Assembly: GCA_002368155.1 (NCBI GenBank) | Contig: AP018180.1 | Location: 4,199,380-4,263,379 of the forward strand | Reading direction: 5' to 3' | From: Nostoc carneum NIES-2107 | GTDB taxonomy: Bacteria > Cyanobacteriota > Cyanobacteriia > Cyanobacteriales > Nostocaceae | Length of the DNA stretch: 64,000 nt | Shown: one piece after another, positions 20,734 through 30,678 of the stretch | Layout: every line of letters starts with the position of its first letter | Position numbering within the stretch: position 1 is the stretch's first letter | Made by a program: the position numbers and the translations under genes | The notes under the pieces: generated by a model | Told to the model about the DNA's origin: nothing | Database searches by the model: none | What the model saw: the letters and a program-made list of their open reading frames with translations, nothing else

Positions 20734-21891
20734 ATGATTAGTCGTACTGTACTTCTTATAAGTTCTAATTCTAGTGAGCGAGGTGGGGGAGAGCGTTACT
20801 TAGTCTACTTAACTCAAGGTTTACGCTTATTGAACTATGAAGTACATGTATTGCTTTCCACAGTTAGTTATATGGATAATTGGGCTACTTTATTAGCAAC
20901 AGAAAAAGCTCATATACACCGCATAAATCTTACAGGATTGCGTTCTCGACCATTGCGATTTATGCAATCAATTTTAGATAAAAATCAACAATTGAAATTA
21001 GCTCAATTATGTAAAGAAATTTCCCCTGATGCCATTCTGATTAACCAGCAATATGACGAAGATGGATTAGATTATATTGCTGGTGCTTTAATAGCAAATG
21101 TTGCTCCTGTGGGGGGTACAATGCATATGCCAATGACAGCGAACAAACATCAAAGACCTTTGGGCAAACTGCGAGGTCAATTACTACGTCAATGGTATAA
21201 AAAACACCCATACTCTTTAATTCTTGTTTCCCAAGGTAGCCAAAAAGAATTTGAAAATTACTATAGCTATCCACGCCCTACAAAGATAGTTAATTATGGG
21301 TGCCCTTTTCCAAAAATTACCGCATCTCATCCGCCACTTCCTAGTAATTGGGTAGAACCATTACCAATAATTGGCTTCTCTGGTCAGTTTGTTTACCAAA
21401 AAAATCTCTCATTATTGTTAGATGCATGGTTATACACAATAAAACAAGGAGTTCAAAGCCGATTGTTACTTATAGGCGATGGGCCAGAACGAAGAAATTT
21501 AGAACAATATTTGCGTAATCATGCTCCTGAAAATACATGGTATATCGCAGGCTGGCAGCAACATCCAGAGGCATACTTATCTGTATTAGATATTTACGCC
21601 ATGACCAGCCATTTTGAGGGTTTACCTCTAGCGCTGCTAGAAGCGGTGGGAAGGGGAGTACCTACTGTAGTTACCAATTTTAATGGTGCTGTGGATGTTG
21701 CTGAACGTGCTTCATGGGTAAGTATTGCGACTAATCCTAGTCCTGAATCAGTAGGTCAAGCATTAATCAAGTCAATTAATAACCTTTCCTGGCTCAAGCA
21801 AGAAGCCAGAAATGGAAAAGAAGATTTTCAGAAATATTTTTCTTTAGAAAGAATGGCAAGTGAAACCCTAGCTGCACTTGGGATAGCTTAG
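20734..21891 (+). CDS. Glycosyltransferase family 1 (GT4-type)
   Basis: IGFSGQFVYQKN..LL and IYAMTSHFEGLPLALLEAVGRGVPTV. The tracked ORF begins at 20671; the start at 20734 (MISRTVLLISS) is more plausible. Confidence 0.65.
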   Translation: MISRTVLLISSNSSERGGGERYLVYLTQGLRLLNYEVHVLLSTVSYMDNWATLLATEKAHIHRINLTGLRSRPLRFMQSILDKNQQLKLAQLCKEISPDAILINQQYDEDGLDYIAGALIANVAPVGGTMHMPMTANKHQRPLGKLRGQLLRQWYKKHPYSLILVSQGSQKEFENYYSYPRPTKIVNYGCPFPKITASHPPLPSNWVEPLPIIGFSGQFVYQKNLSLLLDAWLYTIKQGVQSRLLLIGDGPERRNLEQYLRNHAPENTWYIAGWQQHPEAYLSVLDIYAMTSHFEGLPLALLEAVGRGVPTVVTNFNGAVDVAERASWVSIATNPSPESVGQALIKSINNLSWLKQEARNGKEDFQKYFSLERMASETLAALGIA

Positions 21892-21902
21892 GTACTAAAC
21901 AA

Positions 21903-23063
21903 ATGCATATTGTTGTAATTTTTATCAACGTGGGCAGTTATCATGCTGCACGCTTACGTGCTGCTTATTCTGCTTGTCAAGAAAAAGGTTGGCAGTTTAC
22001 AGCTATTCAAGTCACAGATGATACCTTAGAACATCCTTGGGGGGATTTAGAGCGAGAAATTACATTTCCGCTAAAAACCTTACTGCCTAAGAATGATAAG
22101 TCTTCATATGCAGAACAGGCGGCGGCTGTACTTCCTAGTTTTTTAGACAACTTACAACCAAGTGCTGTTGTGATCCCTGGTTGGGGTTTTCCAGTATCCC
22201 GTGCTGCGCTTTCTTGGTGTAAGCGCCATCAAGTACCAGCTATTTTGATGAGTGAAACCAAGTGGGATGATGAAAAACGTCTCTGGTGGAAAGAGAAAAT
22301 CAAGTTTTGGCTACTGATTGGCAAATTTGATGCAGCTTTAGTGGGGGGTAAACTACATCGTGATTATTTGATTGAGTTAGGTTTTCCTAGCGATCGCATT
22401 TTTCTGGGCTACGATGCTGTTGATAACGATTATTTTGCCAAACAAGCTGAGATAGCAAGGTTCGATCCGGTTGAGACAAGACGGCGAAATCCCCAGATAC
22501 CGACTAAACCTTATTTCATTGCTGTCACTCGTCTACTCAAACGGAAAAATGTCTTTGGTCTTGTACAAGCATTTGCAGCTTATCACCAACAAATGGGAAA
22601 TGAGCGAGCATGGGATTTAGTAATTTGTGGTAGCGGTGAAGAAGAACCGGAAATTCGCAATTTTATTATGGAACAAAAATTGCAAGATGCTGTACATTTA
22701 CCAGGTTTTATCCCTTACCAAAATATTGGTGATTGGTATGGATTAGCTAATGCTTTTGTCCATCCTGCTTTGCAAGAACAGTGGGGTCTAGTACTGAACG
22801 AAGCTTGTGCTGCTGGGCTACCAGTACTCTGTAGCCAAACTGTAGGAGCTCGTTATGAACTTATCGATCATGGTCGAAATGGCCTGCTATTCGATCCAGA
22901 AAGTATTTTAGATATGACTGATGCTTTGAAAGCTATTCATCAGATGGATGCAAATTCAAGAATAAAAATGGGCAGGCTCAGCCAAGAAATTGTAGAAAAT
23001 TTTAGCCCACAAGTTTTTGCAGATGGCTTATTAAAATCAATTCAAGCATCATTAAATGGGTAA
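21903..23063 (+). CDS. Glycosyltransferase family 1 (GT4-type)
   Basis: YFIAVTRLLKRKN...L and NAFVHPALQEQWGLVLNEACAAGLPVL. Confidence 0.65.
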   Translation: MHIVVIFINVGSYHAARLRAAYSACQEKGWQFTAIQVTDDTLEHPWGDLEREITFPLKTLLPKNDKSSYAEQAAAVLPSFLDNLQPSAVVIPGWGFPVSRAALSWCKRHQVPAILMSETKWDDEKRLWWKEKIKFWLLIGKFDAALVGGKLHRDYLIELGFPSDRIFLGYDAVDNDYFAKQAEIARFDPVETRRRNPQIPTKPYFIAVTRLLKRKNVFGLVQAFAAYHQQMGNERAWDLVICGSGEEEPEIRNFIMEQKLQDAVHLPGFIPYQNIGDWYGLANAFVHPALQEQWGLVLNEACAAGLPVLCSQTVGARYELIDHGRNGLLFDPESILDMTDALKAIHQMDANSRIKMGRLSQEIVENFSPQVFADGLLKSIQASLNG

Positions 23064-23286
23064 TTACAAAATATCTTGTGCCTCTAGAAGATATATCTCT
23101 GAAAATCATTGAATTTAACTGCTGCAAAAGTTTACTAAATTAACTTACAGCAAATATTTCAACTACTGACTTAGTAAATATAGGTTCAATCACTTCTGCA
23201 GATTTTTTGTGGAAGTGATTTGGGCTGCTTAGTTACATAAAGTTAGCAATTTTGATTTGTCTAATTTCCTTTCTTCATAGCCTCAC

Positions 23287-24501
23287 ATGAAAGTACTAAT
23301 TTTTATACCTTATGTTGGTTCACATTATGGTGGAACTTCAAAGGCAACTAGAGAATTCGCTGATACTCTTAGTAGCTTAGGAGCTAATGTAGATTTAATT
23401 ACTACTGATGCGAATGGATCTGATAAATTAGACGTACCATTAAATAAATGGATATATCAAAAATCTTATAGAATTAGATATTTCTCTTGCTGGCATCACC
23501 ATGATTTTATTGTTAGCTTATCTTTAATTTACTGGCTGATTAAGCATATTAAGGATTATGATATCGTCCACACTAATACAGTCTTTTCACCACTGGTTTC
23601 CTTAGTGCATTTACTTTGCCAATGGCGCAAAATTCCCTATGCAATCACACCGCACGGAATGCTTGAGCCTTGGGCTTTGTCTTATAAAGCCTGGAAGAAA
23701 AGAATCTACTATAATTTATTGGAAAAACCAGCTTTAAAAAAAGCTAGCGTTATTCAAGTAATTGCTAATGCTGAAGCTAGTAACGTCAAAAAATTAGGAT
23801 TTCGTAATTTAGTTGTTGTTCCTAACGGAATTCATCACCAAGAATTTGAAAATCTACCAACATCTGAGATTTTCTATGAGCAATTTCCAGAAACAAGAAA
23901 TAAAACTCTACTGCTATTTTTAGGACGGATTGATCCTAAAAAAGGTTTAGATTTACTTGCTCCTGCTTTTGGCAAAATTCATAAAAAGTTTCCCCAAACT
24001 CATTTAGTAGTAGCAGGGCCAGATTCTACCGGATTTTTGGCAATAGTTCGGCGCTACTTTGCCCAAGCAGGTTGTTTAGAAGCTGTTACTTTTACAGGTA
24101 TGCTCACAGGTAAATTGAAACAAGCAGCTTTGGTAGCAGCTGATTTATATGTTGCACCTTCTTATTCAGAAGGTTTTAGTATGTCTGTCTTAGAAGGTAT
24201 GGCTTCAGGTTTACCCTGTGTAATTACTACCGGATGTAATTTTCCCGAAGCTGCTCAGGCTCAGGCAGCACATATTGTTGACACTAATCCTGATGAAATT
24301 GCTAATGCATTAATTGACTGTTTAAGCAATCCAGCACAGGCACAAGCAATGGGCGATCGCGCTCGTAAATTAATTTTCCGCAATTATACTTGGGAGCGTG
24401 CTGCTGAAAAGTTAGTTAAAGTTTATCAAGCAATTGTCGATAAAAAAGTCTTGCCAGAATACCAAGATTTTATTCCAGCCAAATCTGGTAAAGAAATCTA
24501 A
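23287..24501 (+). CDS. Glycosyltransferase family 1 (GT4-type)
   Basis: LLLFLGRIDPKKGLDLL and DLYVAPSYSEGFSMSVLEGMASGLPCV. Confidence 0.7.
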   Translation: MKVLIFIPYVGSHYGGTSKATREFADTLSSLGANVDLITTDANGSDKLDVPLNKWIYQKSYRIRYFSCWHHHDFIVSLSLIYWLIKHIKDYDIVHTNTVFSPLVSLVHLLCQWRKIPYAITPHGMLEPWALSYKAWKKRIYYNLLEKPALKKASVIQVIANAEASNVKKLGFRNLVVVPNGIHHQEFENLPTSEIFYEQFPETRNKTLLLFLGRIDPKKGLDLLAPAFGKIHKKFPQTHLVVAGPDSTGFLAIVRRYFAQAGCLEAVTFTGMLTGKLKQAALVAADLYVAPSYSEGFSMSVLEGMASGLPCVITTGCNFPEAAQAQAAHIVDTNPDEIANALIDCLSNPAQAQAMGDRARKLIFRNYTWERAAEKLVKVYQAIVDKKVLPEYQDFIPAKSGKEI

Positions 24502-24612
24502 TTTTTAAATTAATCAGAGTCAAGATTTGTTGGCTGCTTAATTTAACACTAAACAGAGCCAAAAATTGGTAAAAATGTAGATTTCAAAAGCTGGAATGCG
24601 CCTATTGGTAAA

Positions 24613-25167
24613 ATGTATAGTCGTCGTAAACTGAAAAAATATAAGTTTTTGGCTGTAGCGAGTTTGATTCTTACCCTGTTAGCGATCATTCCTTTGCGTT
24701 TGGCGATCGCAACAACTCAAACACCACACCCTCAAGCCTTTCTTACCTTAGGTGGCGATCCTCCTAGGGAACAATATACTGCTGAACTAGCTAAATGGTA
24801 TCCATCTTTAGAAGTTTGGGTGTCTTCTCCTCCAGAACCAGATAAGACATATGCATTGTTTCAAGCTGCAAATATCGCTACTCGGTTACATATAGATAAT
24901 CGTGCTACTGATACGGTTACTAACTTTACTACCTTAGTTTCAGATTTTAAGCAACGCCAGATTCAACATCTTTACCTCATCACTTCTAAAAATCATATGC
25001 CTAGAGCTCAAGCGATCGCTTTTTTTGTTCTAGGTAGTCAAGGAATCGTTTTCACTCCACTTTCTGTACCATCCGATCAACCTCAAGAATCGGTAATTCG
25101 TATTCTGCGAGATATTGCTCGCTCTTTACTCTGGATAATCACAGGTTATACAGGAGCCAAACTTTAG
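24613..25167 (+). CDS. DUF218 (YdcF/SanA/ElyC-like) domain membrane-anchored protein
   Basis: N-terminal transmembrane helix, then an AFLTLGGDPPRE...VWVS core resembling DUF218. Confidence 0.5.
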   Translation: MYSRRKLKKYKFLAVASLILTLLAIIPLRLAIATTQTPHPQAFLTLGGDPPREQYTAELAKWYPSLEVWVSSPPEPDKTYALFQAANIATRLHIDNRATDTVTNFTTLVSDFKQRQIQHLYLITSKNHMPRAQAIAFFVLGSQGIVFTPLSVPSDQPQESVIRILRDIARSLLWIITGYTGAKL

Positions 25168-25190
25168 TATCCTTTTGGCATATATAAATT

Positions 25191-25733
25191 ATGCGTCTAG
25201 ATCAATATACAGTCGGTACTTACACCCCAGGTGCACCATATTGGAAACAACTTCTCTGGTATTTTATCGGGTCGCCTTTGCTTGAAAGTTATTGGCTTCC
25301 CATGTCATCGTTAAAAGTTTGGATACTACGAAGTTTTGGTGCCAATATTGGTCAACAAGTCAGGATTAAACCAGGAGTAAAGGTCAAGTTTCCTTGGCGA
25401 TTAAGCATTGGTGATTTTGCTTGGATTGGGGAAAATGCTTGGATTGATAACCTAGCACCTGTGATTATTGAAAGTCATGTTTGTTTATCTCAAGGAGTCT
25501 ATCTCTGCACTGGCAATCATAACTGGAATCATCCTGATTTTAAACTGATGCCTGCTCCTATCTACATTCAAGAAAGTAGTTGGATTGCAGCCAAGTGTAT
25601 AATTGGCCCGGGAGTAACAGTTGGTAGAGGTGCAGTGCTAACCTTGGGTGGCGTAACTGGGTCTTCCTTAGATCCAATGATTATTTATGCTGGTAATCCG
25701 GCTCAACCCATCAAAAAAAGATTCAATTATTAA
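25191..25733 (+). CDS. WcaF-like hexapeptide-repeat polysaccharide O-acetyltransferase
   Basis: N-terminal helix region typical of WcaF, then a hexapeptide beta-helix (IGQQVRIKPGVKV, IGDFAWIGENAWI, IGPGVTVGRGAVL). Confidence 0.65.
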   Translation: MRLDQYTVGTYTPGAPYWKQLLWYFIGSPLLESYWLPMSSLKVWILRSFGANIGQQVRIKPGVKVKFPWRLSIGDFAWIGENAWIDNLAPVIIESHVCLSQGVYLCTGNHNWNHPDFKLMPAPIYIQESSWIAAKCIIGPGVTVGRGAVLTLGGVTGSSLDPMIIYAGNPAQPIKKRFNY

Positions 25734-26757
25734 TATTAAGATATTAATATTAAGAGGTTGTTTACTCTCCAAAAATTATCATTGCTGCCCAAGTTTGAGA
25801 ATGTTATTTAAGCCAATTATAAGGCTTTATTTTCGCTGCAAAAACTAAAATTAGACAAAAAGTGAAACTAAGACTGGTGACTTTGTAGGCTATGGTATTT
25901 TATAAAATTGCTAAAATACTGTGATAAAATTCCTTTTTTAAGCGGATTGGAAAAGAAGCTGTTTCTCTTCACATATCTGGAAGAATTAGTTACTGGCAAT
26001 TTAGAGTAGCTTTGATATCTGATACATCGTTTATCGCAAAACTTTGAGTTTTAGGTAATAATTTGCTTTTTGCAAACTCCAAGTTTCACGATGGACTGAT
26101 TTACAGCAGATTGCCAGTTGGATGGATAATTGTAAGGGCATGGTAGTGCCATGCCCCGCGTACCTCATTTACTTAAAATATGCTGTAGATTTATAATTAC
26201 ATATACATTAATTACTTGTTTTTATTTAACTATTTTTCTCTTAAAAAATAAAAACAACAGACTGAATATCCTAAAAATTACCTGCTATAAATGGCGCACT
26301 CGAATATGTGAGATTAATTATTCTTTGGTTAAGAAGGAAGTAATCCCTTCTATATCATGCAACTAGCAGATATCTAGTCAAGCATTGATGTTAGTTGCTG
26401 AATTTCGCAAATGCATCAAATATACTGTTATATAAAGTTTTTAATGTCAAAATTTAAATATTTATCGCTAAAAGCGGCAACAGCAGCAGTTTAAGACCTA
26501 AAATACATAGACTAATACTATTACCACTGTTTCCAGTGTTAACATTGAGATTAGATTTGTAAAATTTCCTAGTATCGATGTTCTACTGGTTTGTTTTTCA
26601 GCAGTTAAATCAGCAAACTCCATCTGCAAACTTTGATATTACTTACTAATGTAAGGACTGGAATATGAGACACAGGATAAAAACTTAGAACTATATCCAG
26701 CAACGATTCGGTGCTTTACCACTAAAACAAAATCATATATAGCTAAGTATAACAAAA

Positions 26758-28353
26758 ATGCTAATCTCTTCAGAAAGTCCTCCACAAGATTTAGTTCTAC
26801 TCAAATCTGATAATTCTCCGTTAGAGGTACACTCTGATGAATGGGAATCACGAATAGCACAATTAGTTGGTTTTGAAGATGAATCTGCATCTGTTGATAC
26901 GGAAGCAGTATCAGAAGTTGCTGAATTGCAGCCTTCATTACCTGAACCATCAGAAGTTAAAACTGAACAGTCACTTTCATCTAATCCCTTCGCTAAGTTA
27001 GGTGTGGTAAGTACTGCAACTTTAGCTATAGTGTTAGTTGCTGGTGCATTTTTATCGCAGTTGATGGGTAGTAATCAAAAGCCCAAAAAGAATATTATTG
27101 TTTCTCCAGAAATCCAACCGACAACCACAAAAGACTCCATTTCTGAAGATTTAGCAGCGGAAGTAGAAACTCTCAAAACTAAATTAGCCCTTACAGAACA
27201 AGCAGACGCTATCAAATTAGCACAACAAAAGTTAAGAAGCGGAAAACTCATATCTGCTTCTCAGGTAGCCAATCAACGAAATTCGCAACCAGATACTTTT
27301 CCAGATAGACGAACTGTGTTACCTATAATACCAACACCCCCATTACCACCATCAGCAGTGAATGCACCCCGTGTAGTCACTGTTGAGCGCATTGTCAGAC
27401 CTCTCTATCCTCAACAAACGCCTTTTCCTCTACCTTCGCTGTTACCACAACCAATAGTTACTAACCCAAATCCTCAGCCATTAATTAATGTAACTCCATC
27501 ACCAACACCGAACCCGCTTCAAGAATGGGCAAAGTTAGCAAAGTTAGGTAGCTATGGACAGGTTGCTGTCACTAATACATCTAATGTGAATGCAACTACT
27601 CCGATCAACCAAAGAAATGAGCCAGTACCGCAACAGGCTAATAATCCTCAGTCGGAACAACCCAGACAGCAAACTTCCGTGGTTAGTCAAGTATCATCGC
27701 AGAGTCCAAAATCCATAGCCATTGGTAGTAGTGCTAAAGCTGTTTTGGCGACAGCGGTATTTGGAGAAACCAGTAAATCTTCTAATAACGATGACAAAAA
27801 TGTTTTTGTAGTACGTTTGAAAGAGCCATTAAAAGCAGTGGATGGCGCGATCGCTATTCCTGCAAATACCGAGTTGTTGGCTGAAATTGGTTCTCTTTCT
27901 GAACAAGGCTTGCTGCAACTGAATGTAGTAAAAATTATTGCTAAAGATAGTGGTAATCTTACGGAAAGAAGTTTACCAGAAAATGCGATGATGGTGCGTG
28001 CGCCCCAAGGTAGACCTTTAATCGCCAACCAATTTCCTAATAGAGGTTCATCTATTTTAGGTATGGATATAGGGCTATTTGTCTTAGGTGGCCTTGGCAA
28101 AGCAGCAGAGTTAACTAACCGTACAGAATCTCAAGTTGTGACTACAAATGCTGGTGGTACGATCATTAGCAATACCAACCCACAACGTAACATTTGGGCG
28201 GGAGTTTTAGAAGGTGGGATGAATACTGTAGTACCCCAAATTACCCAACGCAATCAACAAGCGATCGCCCAAATGAGCCAAAGATCTAATGTTTGGTTTT
28301 TACCTGCGGGTACAGCAGTTGAAATCTACGTTAATCAATTGATGCAATTGTAA
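26758..28353 (+). CDS. Pro-rich membrane-anchored protein whose C-terminal domain resembles TrbI/VirB10
   Basis: Single transmembrane helix (LGVVSTATLAIVLVAGAFL), a long Pro/Gln-rich linker, and a C-terminal ~200-aa beta-rich domain. The architecture matches the stand-alone 'TrbI-like' proteins of cyanobacteria. Confidence 0.4.
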   Translation: MLISSESPPQDLVLLKSDNSPLEVHSDEWESRIAQLVGFEDESASVDTEAVSEVAELQPSLPEPSEVKTEQSLSSNPFAKLGVVSTATLAIVLVAGAFLSQLMGSNQKPKKNIIVSPEIQPTTTKDSISEDLAAEVETLKTKLALTEQADAIKLAQQKLRSGKLISASQVANQRNSQPDTFPDRRTVLPIIPTPPLPPSAVNAPRVVTVERIVRPLYPQQTPFPLPSLLPQPIVTNPNPQPLINVTPSPTPNPLQEWAKLAKLGSYGQVAVTNTSNVNATTPINQRNEPVPQQANNPQSEQPRQQTSVVSQVSSQSPKSIAIGSSAKAVLATAVFGETSKSSNNDDKNVFVVRLKEPLKAVDGAIAIPANTELLAEIGSLSEQGLLQLNVVKIIAKDSGNLTERSLPENAMMVRAPQGRPLIANQFPNRGSSILGMDIGLFVLGGLGKAAELTNRTESQVVTTNAGGTIISNTNPQRNIWAGVLEGGMNTVVPQITQRNQQAIAQMSQRSNVWFLPAGTAVEIYVNQLMQL

Positions 28354-28577
28354 GTAGGTCGGCGAAATTAAAGATAACTGGCTGAGGCTGTCATTCGTCC
28401 TTGGCCATTTGTCCTTGGTCATTTGTCATTGGTAAGGATTGCAAACCTATTGCCTAAAGAAAGGTTGAATCTCTTTGTAGTATTACGAGATTCAGCCCAA
28501 AAAGTTTTCAAGGCATAACAATGTTGTGTGCCCCTACTCATCTGTTGTATTGTGTTTTTAAATTGGGATAAAAAAAC

Positions 28578-29492
28578 TTATTTCACAGTAAATTTATAAG
28601 TTTCACCGTGATTTAAGTATCTCACCTGAGTTTCTAACCCTGCTGCTGTAACCGCCTGCATAAAGTCTTCAAGCGGTGACTTGAAAACTGTGTAATCGTT
28701 ATAGTGAATCGGTATGGCAGTATGGGGAGCAATAATTTTAATTGCCTGTACTCCCTGCATTGCATCCATAGTTAGGAGAATGCCAAATATTTTTGTTCCT
28801 CCTAGGTGCAGTAGTGCAAGGTCAATGTCAGGGTACTTTTGGGGAATTTCTTTTAACTCTTCATACAAAAGTGTATCGCCAGTAATGTAGAGGCGGTATA
28901 GAGTTTCTTTGGTAGAATTTTGAAACTCTAACATACTGCCCATTACAGGCGGAAGTAAAGCATTAATCGCGCCAGGGCCATGTCTTCCTGGCATAGCGCT
29001 AATTCGTAGTGAATTATTGCCCTTGGTAACAGTCAAACTTTCCCATGTCTCAAGTGCTTGCGTTGCTTTAAATCCTTTTTGTTTTAGCTTATTTGCTGCA
29101 TGAGGGGTTGTGATAATTGGTAAGTTTTTGTCGAGTTTTTGCTCGACAACGCGGTCAAAATGGTCCTCATGCATATGCGACAGCACAATTAAATCCAGGG
29201 GTGGTAACTCCGTCATTTCTATTGCTGGATTAGTTTTCCGAGCCGAGCGGATGCCATAATGCAGATGCACGTGTTCTCCTTTATGGAGAAAGTTCGGGTC
29301 GGTAAGTATTGTGAATCCTGCATAGCGCAAAAGCACAGTTGCAGTGCCAATAAAGAAGATTTCACCCGTTTCAATATCTGCTTTGTCGCTGTCTGTAGGC
29401 AAGACAAGTTGAGTAGGGTTGTCCATCATATGGTGTTCAGCTAAAGACTGATTGTGAAGGCAGCACAGGAGAGGATTTTCAGCTTTTTGCAC
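28578..29492 (-). CDS. MBL-fold metallo-hydrolase
   Basis: HxHxDH motif (LSHMHEDHFD). The true start may be an internal Met (MMDNP...). Confidence 0.7.
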   Translation of the reverse strand: MQKAENPLLCCLHNQSLAEHHMMDNPTQLVLPTDSDKADIETGEIFFIGTATVLLRYAGFTILTDPNFLHKGEHVHLHYGIRSARKTNPAIEMTELPPLDLIVLSHMHEDHFDRVVEQKLDKNLPIITTPHAANKLKQKGFKATQALETWESLTVTKGNNSLRISAMPGRHGPGAINALLPPVMGSMLEFQNSTKETLYRLYITGDTLLYEELKEIPQKYPDIDLALLHLGGTKIFGILLTMDAMQGVQAIKIIAPHTAIPIHYNDYTVFKSPLEDFMQAVTAAGLETQVRYLNHGETYKFTVK

Positions 29493-29635
29493 GGAGGTGA
29501 ATAAATCTCACGTGCAATTCTTGATTGTTTGACTACTAGTTCACCTCAGTACTTGGGAGCATTCATCGTCCTAAAGACACAGTTACACTTAGTGCTGCCT
29601 CAAATTAAACTGTAATTTTTATCTGGGCAGTCTAC

Positions 29636-30259
29636 ATGATTATTGATCCTTCACAAATTGATCCTAGAAATAGCTACCAATTACTGATTGGCTCGATTGT
29701 TCCCCGGCCGATCGCTTGGGTGTCTACAATTGCTAGCGATGGTACGTTAAATCTTGCGCCTTTCAGTTTCTTTATGGGTGTGGCTGCAAACCCACCAACT
29801 TTAGCTATCTCTTGCGGTTCTCGTCGTGGGACAAAAAAAGATACCCTAGCGAATGTAGAGCAGTCAGGAGAATTAGTAGTCAATATTGTTGCAGAAGAAT
29901 TAGGCGATCGCATGAACCTCACTAGCGGTGAGTTTCCACCTGATGTTGATGAATTTCAAATTGCAGGGCTAACCCCTGCACCTTGCAAACGCGTGCGTGC
30001 GCCGCGAGTTGCTGAGTCACCAATTAATATTGAGTGTGTACTCAAACAAGTAGTTTATGTTGGTAATGAAGGTAGTGAATCGGGATTAATTATCGCTGAA
30101 GCAGTGATGTGGCACGTCCGCGGCGATTTACTTACACCTGAAAACACCATTGATATTCGCAAACTAAATGCGATCGGTCGTCTCTCGGGGAATTGGTATA
30201 CAAGCACTCACGATTTATATCAAATTACTCGTCCTGATACCCAGCAGCCTAAAACTTGA
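29636..30259 (+). CDS. Flavin reductase-like (FMN-binding split-barrel) domain protein
   Basis: SIVPRPIAWVST...DGTLNLAPFSFF motif typical of the flavin reductase family. Confidence 0.7.
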   Translation: MIIDPSQIDPRNSYQLLIGSIVPRPIAWVSTIASDGTLNLAPFSFFMGVAANPPTLAISCGSRRGTKKDTLANVEQSGELVVNIVAEELGDRMNLTSGEFPPDVDEFQIAGLTPAPCKRVRAPRVAESPINIECVLKQVVYVGNEGSESGLIIAEAVMWHVRGDLLTPENTIDIRKLNAIGRLSGNWYTSTHDLYQITRPDTQQPKT

Positions 30260-30435
30260 GCCACGCCGTACTTGGTATAAGTAATTATTCACTACCACCT
30301 GATAAATACTTGTGCTACATTAAGTAGTGGAATAGTAATACATAGCAAAGCTATGGTTCGGGTTCTGTATGCCCGTCTGGTGCGCCAAACTCTGGATTGA
30401 GCGTATACCGCCGAGCAATGCGTCACTAATCCACC

Positions 30436-30501
30436 GTTTGATTAGCTCAGTGGTAGAGCAGCCGAAGAGGTCGGACGTAGGTTCGAGTCCTACATCAAAC
30501 A
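30436..30501 (+). tRNA. tRNA-like pseudogene: intact acceptor/D/T arms but a truncated anticodon arm (4-bp stem, 5-nt loop) and almost no variable loop
   Basis: Folded by hand. Acceptor GTTTGAT/ATCAAAC, D-arm GCTC-AGTGGTA-GAGC, T-arm GTAGG-TTCGAGT-CCTAC. Only 16 nt between D and T arms, against 21-22 expected. No CCA encoded. Confidence 0.4.
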
Positions 30502-30504
30502 CCC

Positions 30505-30579
30505 AGGAAGTTAGCTCATTGGTAGAGCAATCGACTCATAATCGATGTGTTACAGGTTCGATTCCTGTACTTTCAACCA
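30505..30579 (+). tRNA. tRNA with anticodon CAT (Met elongator or Ile2-lysidine type). Encodes CCA. Position 1:72 is an A-A mismatch.
   Basis: Folded by hand. D-arm GCTC-ATTGGTA-GAGC; anticodon stem ATCGA/TCGAT with loop CTCATAA; T-arm ACAGG-TTCGATT-CCTGT; acceptor AGGAAGT/ACTTTCA; discriminator A; CCA. Confidence 0.55.
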
Positions 30580-30604
30580 CCCTGTCTGGGTCAAAAGACA
30601 AATT

Positions 30605-30678
30605 TGCGGAATAGAGCAGCGGTAGCTCGTTGGAATTAGTATCCAAAGATCAGTGGTTCAAATCCACTTTCTGCCCCA
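30605..30678 (+). tRNA. Unusual tRNA-like gene: class-I (short variable arm) structure with anticodon UAG, T at position 37, and a T-C mismatch at 1:72
   Basis: Folded by hand. D-arm GAGC-AGCGGTA-GCTC; anticodon stem TTGGA/TCCAA with loop ATTAGTA; T-arm AGTGG-TTCAAAT-CCACT; acceptor TGCGGAA/TTCTGCC. Flanked by direct repeats GTCYGGGTCAAAAGACA. Confidence 0.4.

Noticed and set aside
26151-26366. 71-aa ORF in the AT-rich intergenic region
   Set aside because: Low-complexity, AT-driven, no RBS or motif. Most likely spurious.
30369-30614. 81-aa ORF (and 30320-30502 minus ORF) spanning the tRNA-like cluster
   Set aside because: It overlaps three cloverleaf-forming tRNA-like sequences. Its coding potential is an artefact.
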